Position numbers and translations under genes: made by a program
Source of the DNA: a virus
Length of the DNA: 64,000 nucleotides
IMG/VR virus record: IMGVR_UViG_3300009431_000016
Reading direction: 5' to 3' (one strand)
Notes under the pieces: model-generated
Seen by the model: the letters and a program-made list of their open reading frames with translations, nothing else
What the model was told of the DNA's origin: nothing
The model's database searches: none
Shown here: positions 47,375 to 56,522 of the stretch, piece by piece
Layout of the letters: each line of letters opens with the position of its first letter
How positions within the stretch are numbered: position 1 is the first letter of the stretch

Positions 47375-47470
47375 CCAGAAGTAAACGTTTACTCTCCTCG
47401 CCCTTCACTGCCATGTGCGGGGCGGGGAGAGTTTTAACAAACCCCTCGGGTGCACACGCTACCCAACTAA

Positions 47471-48556
47471 ATGAGGAACGAAATCATGGCAAGTGGAACA
47501 GCTGTTCATCCGAGTGGCCTTAATACTTTTGTGAAAGACCACCGTGCGACCGGCGGATTGATCGTAGACTTCTCTCGCAACCCAACTAAGTTTGCGATCA
47601 ACCGTTACATCCAATTGCGGAAGGTGCAAAAAAGCTCTGGCTATTTTTTACAGATGACCGTCGAGGAAGCAGGACGAATCCTCAATACGAATCTTTCGGA
47701 TTTCGTATGGCCAGATTCTCAGCCTCGTCCCGAGCGGCGTGAAGGAACGGAAACGTTCAAGTTCACGGATTACCTCACGCAGCGCTACGAGTATGGATTC
47801 ATGCTCGGTGACAAGGCGATCGAACAGGCCGACTGGGACATCGTTGGCACACACTCGCGAATCAAAGCGCAACAAGCGATGACCGCGAGAACGCAACTCG
47901 TCAAGACGGCCCTCGACACGATCGGCGACGGCGCCGGAGGTGGTGATACCACGCACACGTCCGCCGTCTCTTCGATTACCGGCAATACCGGTAAGTGGTC
48001 TGCCTCGACCACGCAGCGCCAGGACGTCAAGCGATCCCTTAATTCCTCCGCCGAGATCATCTTGGCTGACACGCTGGGCGCCGTCGAAGAGGAAGCGTTG
48101 ATGCTGGTCGTTTCTCCTAACGTTGCGATCCAGTTGTCACAGTGTCAGGAGATCGTAGATCATATCAAGGGATCTCCCGGTGCGACCGATCAGGTCAAGG
48201 GCAATGCCGCATTCGGTAACCCGAATGCACGCTGGGGTCTCCCGCTGCAGCTGTACGGCTTCGATGTGGTCGTTGACGCGACCTACAAGGTCTCAACAAT
48301 CAAGGGCGCTAGCTCGACGACTCGCGAGGCTGTCCTCGGAACCGACGTTGCCTATTTGGTCTCGCGACCGGGCGACTTGGTGGCGGCCTCCGGCGGTCCC
48401 TCTTTCTCGACTCTCATGATCTTCGCTTATGAGGAGATGACCGTCGAGACACTGCGAGACTCCGACCACAGAAGGGTTAGGGGATCGGTTGTGGATGACA
48501 TCGACGTAGTTGTGACGGCGCCTGCCACTGGGTTCCGGTTCACCTCGGCCGTTTGA
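47471..48556 (+). CDS. putative major capsid protein
   Basis: 361 aa, position and size; followed by a strong stem-loop. Confidence 0.45.
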   Translation: MRNEIMASGTAVHPSGLNTFVKDHRATGGLIVDFSRNPTKFAINRYIQLRKVQKSSGYFLQMTVEEAGRILNTNLSDFVWPDSQPRPERREGTETFKFTDYLTQRYEYGFMLGDKAIEQADWDIVGTHSRIKAQQAMTARTQLVKTALDTIGDGAGGGDTTHTSAVSSITGNTGKWSASTTQRQDVKRSLNSSAEIILADTLGAVEEEALMLVVSPNVAIQLSQCQEIVDHIKGSPGATDQVKGNAAFGNPNARWGLPLQLYGFDVVVDATYKVSTIKGASSTTREAVLGTDVAYLVSRPGDLVAASGGPSFSTLMIFAYEEMTVETLRDSDHRRVRGSVVDDIDVVVTAPATGFRFTSAV

Positions 48557-48602
48557 TCATTCCAAGACAGTATCATTTGTGGCGCTATTTTGGACATGCA
48601 AA

Positions 48603-48637
48603 CCCGCGGGTGGGAACTTGAAATTCCCATCCGCGGG
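48603..48637 (+). terminator. GC-rich stem-loop after capsid gene (terminator or RNA-stabilising hairpin; no U-tract)
   Basis: CCCGCGGGTGGGAA-cttgaaa-TTCCCATCCGCGGG, 14-bp stem with one mismatch. Confidence 0.3.
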
Positions 48638-48659
48638 ACAATTCTGAACCGAGACGACC

Positions 48660-49169
48660 ATGGCTTATGCCACTGCAGCACAGCTTTTTGATCATCACGA
48701 CATTCGAACTATTAGTCGACTGGCGAGCGATAGCGGCGGCGAGCTAAACCGACAAGATCTTGCGACGTGTTCGAAGGTAACATCAGCCCTCACGGCGGCC
48801 AGCGGCGAGGTCGACGCAGCCCTCCTGGCTGGTAGCCGGTACTCACCAAGTGATTTATCTGGCCTCTCCGGCAATGCCGCCGCACATCTCGTGCAGATGA
48901 CCTGTGACATCACAATGTCACGCCTCTTTCGTCGGCGCCCGGCCTTGGATCCGGATCTCGCCAAGTCTTACCACGAGGTGGCGAGAGAACACCTCGAAGC
49001 CCTGCGTAAGGGAGTCAACGTCTTCAATCTAACGTCTCAGCAGGCAAAGATGCACCCGACAGTGGACGGGCCAACATCGCTGGAGTACCAACAGAACAAC
49101 CTCCTGCCGGACCGCACGAAGCACTACTACCCTGCTCGTGAGTCAAGGCTGCCAACTATCCGCACATGA
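48660..49169 (+). CDS. hypothetical head-tail joining region protein
   Basis: 169-aa ORF after capsid gene. Confidence 0.25.
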   Translation: MAYATAAQLFDHHDIRTISRLASDSGGELNRQDLATCSKVTSALTAASGEVDAALLAGSRYSPSDLSGLSGNAAAHLVQMTCDITMSRLFRRRPALDPDLAKSYHEVAREHLEALRKGVNVFNLTSQQAKMHPTVDGPTSLEYQQNNLLPDRTKHYYPARESRLPTIRT

Positions 49170-49181
49170 TAAGGTGACGAC

Positions 49182-49688
49182 ATGGCCCAACAGATCCAAG
49201 TCGCAAAGGTCACGACCGTCAAAGTCGACACGGGCGATGGCTCTGGCCTTCAAACGTTGGGCCAAGCCCTCGACATGCCGGAGACGCGAGACCAGTCTTT
49301 CATGCACGACGTTCCAGGAGACTCACACGGCGGACCGCAAGGCCCGCCAATTGATATACAGTTCCTGGGGCGCATTGTTCATGTCCGCTGCGAGTTAAGC
49401 AAATTCGACAAGACGGTAGCTGATCAAATTCGAGCCCGTCTCGCAGCCAATACCGAAGCACTGAAGGGAACCGTTCAGACAGCCGACATTGGGACCTTAA
49501 TGATCCAGGACGCCAAGTATATGCGCGTTTTGCTGTCGAACACCAATGACCCCATGAATTTCCCGATCTGTATTGTACGAAACCCGATCGAGATAGCGCA
49601 TGGTACGAAGTTTTCGTCCATAGTGCTTGAGTTCGAAGCACACCGCAATCAGACAACCGGGGTGATTTACAACACGTTAAATTCGTAA
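49182..49688 (+). CDS. hypothetical structural protein
   Basis: 168-aa ORF. Confidence 0.25.
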   Translation: MAQQIQVAKVTTVKVDTGDGSGLQTLGQALDMPETRDQSFMHDVPGDSHGGPQGPPIDIQFLGRIVHVRCELSKFDKTVADQIRARLAANTEALKGTVQTADIGTLMIQDAKYMRVLLSNTNDPMNFPICIVRNPIEIAHGTKFSSIVLEFEAHRNQTTGVIYNTLNS

Positions 49689-49709
49689 TCCTTGGATGGG
49701 AGGTGAGGG

Positions 49710-50144
49710 ATGTTTTGGCAGCGAAAGAAGAAGAGGTGGATCTTCACGTACTTTGACGGACTCTGCACGAGATCTGTGGATCCAATGGTTGCCTTTCGGA
49801 CACTGCGAGATGACAAAGAGTTCCGTGCAGAAGTGCATCCGCATCTCGTGGACGTTGGCGATGAGGAGGCCGTCCAAGTCACCCTGCGTGCTATACGGCG
49901 CACTTTTGGCGTTACAGCCTATGCAGACGATCTGGCGGGAGGGCTCACGGAACTTGAAACACTGGAACTTCTCGGCGACTTTTATGAATTCATCGATTCC
50001 GTAAAAAAAAACACCAGGCCTTCGCAGACGCCATCTGCCTCTACGGAGCCGATCTTGTCGCCCTTGAACGAGATGAGCCCGAGCGATACGGCGCCTTGCT
50101 CTTGCTCCAGCCAAGAGAAGAGCTTCGAGCAGCCAACAGAATAA
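49710..50144 (+). CDS. hypothetical structural protein
   Basis: 144-aa ORF. Confidence 0.25.
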   Translation: MFWQRKKKRWIFTYFDGLCTRSVDPMVAFRTLRDDKEFRAEVHPHLVDVGDEEAVQVTLRAIRRTFGVTAYADDLAGGLTELETLELLGDFYEFIDSVKKNTRPSQTPSASTEPILSPLNEMSPSDTAPCSCSSQEKSFEQPTE

Positions 50145-50309
50145 GGGCGGGTGCCGATGCGGCGATTGGCATGGTCACGGGGCGACGCTTGCCGCCTGGA
50201 TGGTTTGATGCGATGGCTGACACGCCTGAGGAAGCAACGTATCTGGCGGACAAACACAAGGCACTAAGCCGCCTCAACGAAGCGCCCGGTACGCAATGAG
50301 GTAACATCA

Positions 50310-51281
50310 ATGGCCGGTACGCTGCTCGCATCTATAGCTGGAACTCTCGCCTCCCTGCTGGCCCGCCTCGGCTTGGGCGCTGCCGCGTCTCAAGCCGGGG
50401 CGGCCAGTGGTGCTTCTGTGGGCGGAGCCAAGGCAGTTGGACTCGGCGGGCGGGCCGCGGCGGCCGCCGAGTCCCGCCGCGTTATAGCCGCGGCGGCCGC
50501 CGAGTCCCGCCGCCAAGCCGCCGCCAGTGGTGCTACTGTGGGCGGAGCCAGGACAGTTGGACTCGGCGGGCAGGCCGCGGCGGCCGCCGAGTCCCAGGCG
50601 AGCTTACTTCAGAAGTTTGGCAAGATGGGGGCCATTGCCGATCAAGTCTCTAGTACGGGGGTAAAGGCGAGACAACAACAACAACACGAGGACGCACTAA
50701 AGGAAGCCAAAGCCCAGGCGTTAAAGACAACCAAGCGACTCACGTTCGGCATTCTTGGCATGTCTCTTGCCATGATTGGACTGCCAAAGGCCATCCAGAA
50801 AGTAACCGAGCGACTAACTGAGAAAGCCAGGGCCCTGGAACAGTTCGGCGGGGCCATCGCGATCGCATCGCAGAACCTTGAGGCTCAGCGCCTCGCTCGC
50901 CACGTTCATTTGGCCAGTATGACCGGGGCGTCTTCGACACGGTTGATGAGGAGTCAGAACGATCTTGAGAAAGCGATGTTGCCATACAAGGTAATGTCCA
51001 CAAATGTGCTCAACGATATAGCCGCCGCCGCCAATAGGGCTACCGCGTTCGCTGTCTCAAACGCTAGAGCTATCAGCGCCAAGTTTGACCTGTTAATGCG
51101 TCTTCTGGAACTGTGGTATGGCGAAGCAAACCCCATGGCCGTCCCATGGGTCAACTTCATCAATGATTTGTCGAATGGTGACGTCGGTAGAGTCAGTGTT
51201 CGCGAGCGAATGATGGAGGAGAGGCGAGCGGCCGAGGCAGCGGCCAGAGAGCGGCGCCGGCAAGGCCGCGTGGCTCCATAA
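50310..51281 (+). CDS. Ala-rich repeat protein with central TM segment
   Basis: internal 120-bp tandem repeat; hydrophobic LTFGILGMSLAMIGLP; coiled-coil C-terminus. Confidence 0.3.
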   Translation: MAGTLLASIAGTLASLLARLGLGAAASQAGAASGASVGGAKAVGLGGRAAAAAESRRVIAAAAAESRRQAAASGATVGGARTVGLGGQAAAAAESQASLLQKFGKMGAIADQVSSTGVKARQQQQHEDALKEAKAQALKTTKRLTFGILGMSLAMIGLPKAIQKVTERLTEKARALEQFGGAIAIASQNLEAQRLARHVHLASMTGASSTRLMRSQNDLEKAMLPYKVMSTNVLNDIAAAANRATAFAVSNARAISAKFDLLMRLLELWYGEANPMAVPWVNFINDLSNGDVGRVSVRERMMEERRAAEAAARERRRQGRVAP

Positions 51282-51291
51282 GGATGGTCAC

Positions 51292-53055
51292 ATGTCAACA
51301 GTCATGATATACAACGGGGTGCAACTGCTGGACGTGCAGACGCTCGTTTTTGATGAGACTGCACAGTACGACGAGAGCGATACCGATTTACTATACCACG
51401 ACTTTCGGATACGCGTAATGGGATTAGCCCACACTACCAGCTTGGCCGGAAGTGGTCACGTAATCGTCCCATGGGGAGCACCGCCAACAGCAGCAAATGC
51501 TGTCGAGCAGATTCATGGCCAGCTGATGCACCCGCGGGCTGACTTCTTGTATGCTATCAATGGCGAAACCGTACTGCAGGCTACCAGTAATCCAAATTCG
51601 GGGGACTTGGATGTGCGTAGTGGGCCCCGGCCAATCTCTTGCAGCATTACGCATGTGGCGGGATCAAAGGTAATCCGCATTGAGTATGAAATACAGGTAT
51701 GTGTTTTGAAGTGCGGCTCCGAATGGAGTGATGGCGAGTATAGCCAGACGGGTCGCCCGGTCCAAAATGTCCTCAATAATAAATGGTCGCTTGAAGACAC
51801 GAGAGACGAAAATTTCTATGTGACCCGTACGTGGGAAGGAGTGTTGCGGGTTTCGCACGCGAGCAAGTTCCCGAATGCGTACCGCAATGTCGTTATCCCA
51901 CCGCTGCGCGATGGCTACAAGCGAACATTTAATCGATTTCGGTCGACGCCTGACGGTCTAAATCTTCGCTACTCGATCACCGACAAGCAGGTGCATGCGG
52001 CGCCGCCATCTCCCGCCAAGTCCTGGAAGGCGAGCCATACGGAAGGGATTGCTGCGGGCGGCGGAAAGGGGCATGCGGAGGTCCATGTAACATTGACGGG
52101 GGCGCCAGAGACCAACAAGCGAGACCTGATCGTGAAGTGTGCCCAGGTCGTTGAGGCGAGACTCGGCGACATGCGTAAGAGTTTTGGTGCAGATAGTGAG
52201 AACGGACAACTTCTACAGAGTGCTTCACTCGTAGAAGAACTAGACACAAATAGGGTGTCGATGCACGTTCGGGTCATGAGGGTACCCAACCAGGAGACGT
52301 ATCTCAATTTGCTAAAGAAAGACCTTGGTGAATTTCTGGACCAAGGCCCGAAGCCGATTCCAAACTACAATCACACGAAAAGTCCATTCCCGCCAACATT
52401 CGACGACGAAACGAAGCCCTCTGTCATGTTCGCGACATATCTCCAGAGCCCATGTCACAGCGAACATGGTGTGCCGCAGATCAAAGAACTGGAACTAGAG
52501 TCTCCTGGCGACAAATATAATAAACGCAAGGTGCCAGTCGAGATTTCGGGCGAGGACGAGAAATTTGACTCTGGCCACGGGTTATCACAGGCACATCAGA
52601 ATAACATGTACACGTATGTTGAGGTCAGCAGCGAGTACATGACACACCGCGGTGTTTACCAGATGCCAATTTCGGCTTATAGTGGCACTCGCCAAGAGGA
52701 TGCGGACACCAGCGCTTTCGTGCAAGCGCACGAGCCTATAACAAAACGGGTTTACAAAGTAATCGCCGAACGGGTTGGCGAATGGCCCGACGTGGCTGGA
52801 CCTGTTGAATCCCGGACGGACCCTAATGGAATCACCGAGCGATTGCTCGATGACACAATACATTTGTCCGATCCAGAGCTGGCTTCAGACGGACGTTCCC
52901 TGCTTTATCACATTGAGCTGGCCTACACATACGGCCTCAGCCGTACGCCAACCCTGGCCGAGACATTGAAGTCGGGGACCTCGCCAATGCTAAGTAGGAA
53001 GCCATGGGAAAACTACTTCCTTGGCTATGAGCATTACAACACAGAGGCAGAATAA
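51292..53055 (+). CDS. hypothetical tail or virion protein
   Basis: 587-aa ORF in late region. Confidence 0.3.
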   Translation: MSTVMIYNGVQLLDVQTLVFDETAQYDESDTDLLYHDFRIRVMGLAHTTSLAGSGHVIVPWGAPPTAANAVEQIHGQLMHPRADFLYAINGETVLQATSNPNSGDLDVRSGPRPISCSITHVAGSKVIRIEYEIQVCVLKCGSEWSDGEYSQTGRPVQNVLNNKWSLEDTRDENFYVTRTWEGVLRVSHASKFPNAYRNVVIPPLRDGYKRTFNRFRSTPDGLNLRYSITDKQVHAAPPSPAKSWKASHTEGIAAGGGKGHAEVHVTLTGAPETNKRDLIVKCAQVVEARLGDMRKSFGADSENGQLLQSASLVEELDTNRVSMHVRVMRVPNQETYLNLLKKDLGEFLDQGPKPIPNYNHTKSPFPPTFDDETKPSVMFATYLQSPCHSEHGVPQIKELELESPGDKYNKRKVPVEISGEDEKFDSGHGLSQAHQNNMYTYVEVSSEYMTHRGVYQMPISAYSGTRQEDADTSAFVQAHEPITKRVYKVIAERVGEWPDVAGPVESRTDPNGITERLLDDTIHLSDPELASDGRSLLYHIELAYTYGLSRTPTLAETLKSGTSPMLSRKPWENYFLGYEHYNTEAE

Positions 53056-54704
53056 TGGCCATCACACTGACCGGCAACACGGGGCTGTTTACTCAGCTCG
53101 GCAAAATCTTCTATGCCCAAGAGCTGATCAATGCCGCACGCGGAACAACCGTTGAGAATCAATTCGACGCGATTATTACGCAGTTTGAATATCTGGCGGA
53201 CGAGATTGATATCCAGCGGTTGATCGAGAACCTGATGCGTGAGTTTGTCAACTGGCGAGAAGTTAATACAGCAACGGCTGCCCTGCAGTCAATGGCCTCG
53301 AACATGTTGGTTAAGTTTGCTGACGATGACGTGAACTTGGAAAACCTTGACGTGCGTATCGCCATGCTGGAGCTTATTGACCAAATGGAGGGCGCCGGCG
53401 GTGAATCGAATCCAGACAATGACGTGAATGCAAGCACAGCCGCCGCGTCTGTTACTGCCGGTACTGGCAACAATACAGATGCGGAGCTGACAGTTAGCGT
53501 CCTAAATGGAGACGGGCGTAACGCAGAAAATACGTTGGGCGAAACGGTGCGCGGCACGGTGACCTCCGTATCTGGGAATGGCGGAATCGCCCTGGCCGGC
53601 GAGGCGTCCGTTTACACAATCGATAGCTCACAATGGCCGCAGGGAAGCGCCGCTTCAGCCTCGCAGTCTGCGGCAGCTAGCGGCCTGCTGGCCAATGGAA
53701 GTTTCGACGCTGAAGACGACCGCGACAATACGCCAGACGATTGGGACGTTGTTGTCGGATCGATTGGCACTACGATTAAGATGACCAATTACGAAGTCCA
53801 GACGGTCACGATTACGGGAACGCCAACAAGTGGAACCTTCATACTCGTATATACGGACGTCAATAGTCATGTCCAGTATACGGCCCCCGTGGCGTACAAT
53901 GCCGGTGCAGCGGTCGTACAGTCCGCCCTAAGGGCCCTCAGCGGATTAGCAAGCGTGACGGTATCTAGGAGTGGAACAGCTCCGAATTACGTGTACACGG
54001 TCACGTTTAAGCAGGCGCATCCGCCAGGTGACATACCCACACTATCGTCAAGCGACACATTCGATGCTGGCGGCCTTTCTCACGGCACAACTGTTGCGGG
54101 TACCGCCCATGTCCTGAGGGGTAAAGCTGTCGAGTTCGATGGAAACGGGACCAATTTGACGTCCATCCAGCAAAGGCTGTCCGGACTTAAGCGGCGGACG
54201 GTCTACGCATGGAATGTGTACCTTAAAATGGATGTATTCCCGGCCGCCGGCGCATTGGTCGTCGAGCTGGTTGATGGGACTGGGACCGTTATCGCGGACG
54301 CTCAAGGGACCAATAACACCACTACGCAAAGCCTGATCAGTGGCGGCGGCCTCAGCATAACGGCATTCACTGCGGTTAATGGCTACTTTAGAATGCCGGC
54401 GGTTGTGCCTGATGTTGTCAATTTCCGAATCAGACTATCGACGGCCATCACGTCCGGGTCGAGTCTCTTTATCGATGAGGCGACCTTCCTGGCTGCCACG
54501 GAGTTATACACAGGCGGACCGTTCGTCGCATTCTTCCGCGGAGGTACTGATCTCGGCGCCGACGACACGTGGGAAATCACCGTAACAAACGACCGAGCCG
54601 GAGAATTCCAAGAATGGTTCCGGCGCAACTTCAGACAAGACGACTTGCTGCTGCCGAGCAACAGTGCTGGCGGCGAAACAATTTCTGATGGACTGATTTC
54701 TTAA
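53055..54704 (+). CDS. hypothetical tail or virion protein
   Basis: 549-aa ORF; ATGG overlap with upstream gene. Confidence 0.3.
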   Translation: MAITLTGNTGLFTQLGKIFYAQELINAARGTTVENQFDAIITQFEYLADEIDIQRLIENLMREFVNWREVNTATAALQSMASNMLVKFADDDVNLENLDVRIAMLELIDQMEGAGGESNPDNDVNASTAAASVTAGTGNNTDAELTVSVLNGDGRNAENTLGETVRGTVTSVSGNGGIALAGEASVYTIDSSQWPQGSAASASQSAAASGLLANGSFDAEDDRDNTPDDWDVVVGSIGTTIKMTNYEVQTVTITGTPTSGTFILVYTDVNSHVQYTAPVAYNAGAAVVQSALRALSGLASVTVSRSGTAPNYVYTVTFKQAHPPGDIPTLSSSDTFDAGGLSHGTTVAGTAHVLRGKAVEFDGNGTNLTSIQQRLSGLKRRTVYAWNVYLKMDVFPAAGALVVELVDGTGTVIADAQGTNNTTTQSLISGGGLSITAFTAVNGYFRMPAVVPDVVNFRIRLSTAITSGSSLFIDEATFLAATELYTGGPFVAFFRGGTDLGADDTWEITVTNDRAGEFQEWFRRNFRQDDLLLPSNSAGGETISDGLIS

Positions 54705-54727
54705 CCCCCCGCAAGAGGACCAGACAA

Positions 54728-54955
54728 ATGGCTACCTTTGCAGACCGAGTTGCCGCAGCCGTTCTGCCGATCGGCAACACCACTTATCGAACCAACATCG
54801 ATACGGCCGTTGACACCTTCGAGGCTGCCGTTAAGGCCGAGGTGATCACCGGCGCCAGTCGCACCGAAGAGGCCGGAGGTTGGTTGGACATTCAAGACAA
54901 GATGATCGATATCACCCGGATGATCGCCAGCGAGCTTGCTGACACAAGCGACTGA
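54728..54955 (+). CDS. small hypothetical protein
   Basis: 75-aa ORF with RBS. Confidence 0.25.
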   Translation: MATFADRVAAAVLPIGNTTYRTNIDTAVDTFEAAVKAEVITGASRTEEAGGWLDIQDKMIDITRMIASELADTSD

Positions 54956-54985
54956 CCGTAACGCACAGGTGAGAGGAGATGCGTT

Positions 54986-55492
54986 ATGACTCGGGAATAC
55001 GCGACCGAAGAACAGATCCTGGAGTCAATTGTGGAACGACTCCGGGACAAGATTGACGAGTGGTCTGGCGATAGCGTCATGCTGACCGACCACCCGCAGC
55101 CGTTGAAGGTCCCACCAAGCGACACGTTCTGTACAGTGTCTGCAGGCGACGGGACCTTCCCACCGGAGATGTTTCAAGGCGGAGGCGATCTTACGTGCAC
55201 GGAAGTCTGCAACATCATTGTGGCTCCGTATTCACAGCACGATTTAGACAGCATCGATTCACTAGAACACGCCCTTCTGAAGGCAGAGCGGGGCGTGCTG
55301 TCGCGATACAAGCGACAGATCTTGAAGATGCTGCTAAAGGACTGGGAACCCACCTACAATGGAAATGAGCTCCTGCGGTCCATGATGCGTCCCGCTTACA
55401 GTACCAAGCCGGAGGTTTTGACCGTGCCTGGTGGGATGTCATTTGTGACCATCAGCCTCGTGTTCGAGGTTGAGTTTGACTGGGAACTGTAA
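54986..55492 (+). CDS. hypothetical protein
   Basis: 168-aa ORF. Confidence 0.3.
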   Translation: MTREYATEEQILESIVERLRDKIDEWSGDSVMLTDHPQPLKVPPSDTFCTVSAGDGTFPPEMFQGGGDLTCTEVCNIIVAPYSQHDLDSIDSLEHALLKAERGVLSRYKRQILKMLLKDWEPTYNGNELLRSMMRPAYSTKPEVLTVPGGMSFVTISLVFEVEFDWEL

Positions 55493-55494
55493 CC

Positions 55495-56520
55495 ATGGCG
55501 AGAGCGAAAAAGGTTCTGATCATTTCTGATCGTCCGAATTGGTGTTTCACGCGCCGCGCGGAGGCTATTCGTACAACGCAACCTGACGATCTGCAATACG
55601 AGATCATCTGCTATGACGAGACGCCAATCGAGACGATCGCGTTCTCGAAGTATGACATGATCTTTTGTCTTCCGACTAACATCGTCGGGATGCTGCGCAG
55701 GCTACTGGACGCCGCAAAGCTGGACATCCCGGTCGTCTCGTCGCACAACTCCGGACTCGGGCGCCGACATTGGATGTTAGTCGAATCGATCATGGCGGCC
55801 GACTACACGATCGTGAATAATTATGCATCGTGGGTCAATATGAGAGCCGTCTCGATGGAACACAAGTACACCGCGTGCAATATCTCCAACGGAGTTGACA
55901 CCAACGCCTTTTATCCGACAGTGCCGATCAAAGAGAGACCGCACAGGGTGCTGTGGTGTGCGTCGAAGTCAAAGATCGACCCGAATCAATCCGAGGAGAT
56001 GAAGGCCGGACAGCCGGACGTGAAGGGCTTCTGGCGTATCCTGACGCCGCTACGGGAGCTTTTAGATAACGTCGGGGACGGGTGGGACACACACTACCTG
56101 GTGCCGGACACAGGATGCGGTCTCGACCAGGACCAAATGCGAGAGTGGTACAATTCAGGGTCTTACCTGATCTGCGCATCGTCGAGCGAAGGAACACCGA
56201 ACATTGCCCTTGAGGCCGCTGCGTGTGGGTGCGTTGTCGTCACGACACCGGTCGGCAATATGCCGGAGCTGATACAGCATTGCGTCAATGGAGTCTTCTT
56301 CTCAGACTGCACGTTGACGAGTGGCGCCTGGAAGGCCTTGCAGATCGCCCGCGAGAATCGCGAGTTTCTGTCGGTGAACATGAACTCGTCAATAAGGCAG
56401 TGGGACTGGAAGATCCGGGCGGAGTGGTTTCATAGGGTCTTCGGGATGATTGTACGCGGCGACTTACCTCGTCCATTCACCTGGTTGGACACTGCACCAG
56501 AGGCAATCCAGAGGATGTAA
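55495..56520 (+). CDS. GT-B glycosyltransferase (GT4-like)
   Basis: C-terminal LICASSSEGTPNIALEAAACGCVVVTTPVGNMPELI matches the E-x7-E / EA.A.G.PVV retaining GT-B motif; abuts the fiber gene with 2-nt spacing. Confidence 0.65.
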   Translation: MARAKKVLIISDRPNWCFTRRAEAIRTTQPDDLQYEIICYDETPIETIAFSKYDMIFCLPTNIVGMLRRLLDAAKLDIPVVSSHNSGLGRRHWMLVESIMAADYTIVNNYASWVNMRAVSMEHKYTACNISNGVDTNAFYPTVPIKERPHRVLWCASKSKIDPNQSEEMKAGQPDVKGFWRILTPLRELLDNVGDGWDTHYLVPDTGCGLDQDQMREWYNSGSYLICASSSEGTPNIALEAAACGCVVVTTPVGNMPELIQHCVNGVFFSDCTLTSGAWKALQIARENREFLSVNMNSSIRQWDWKIRAEWFHRVFGMIVRGDLPRPFTWLDTAPEAIQRM

Positions 56521-56522
56521 TC

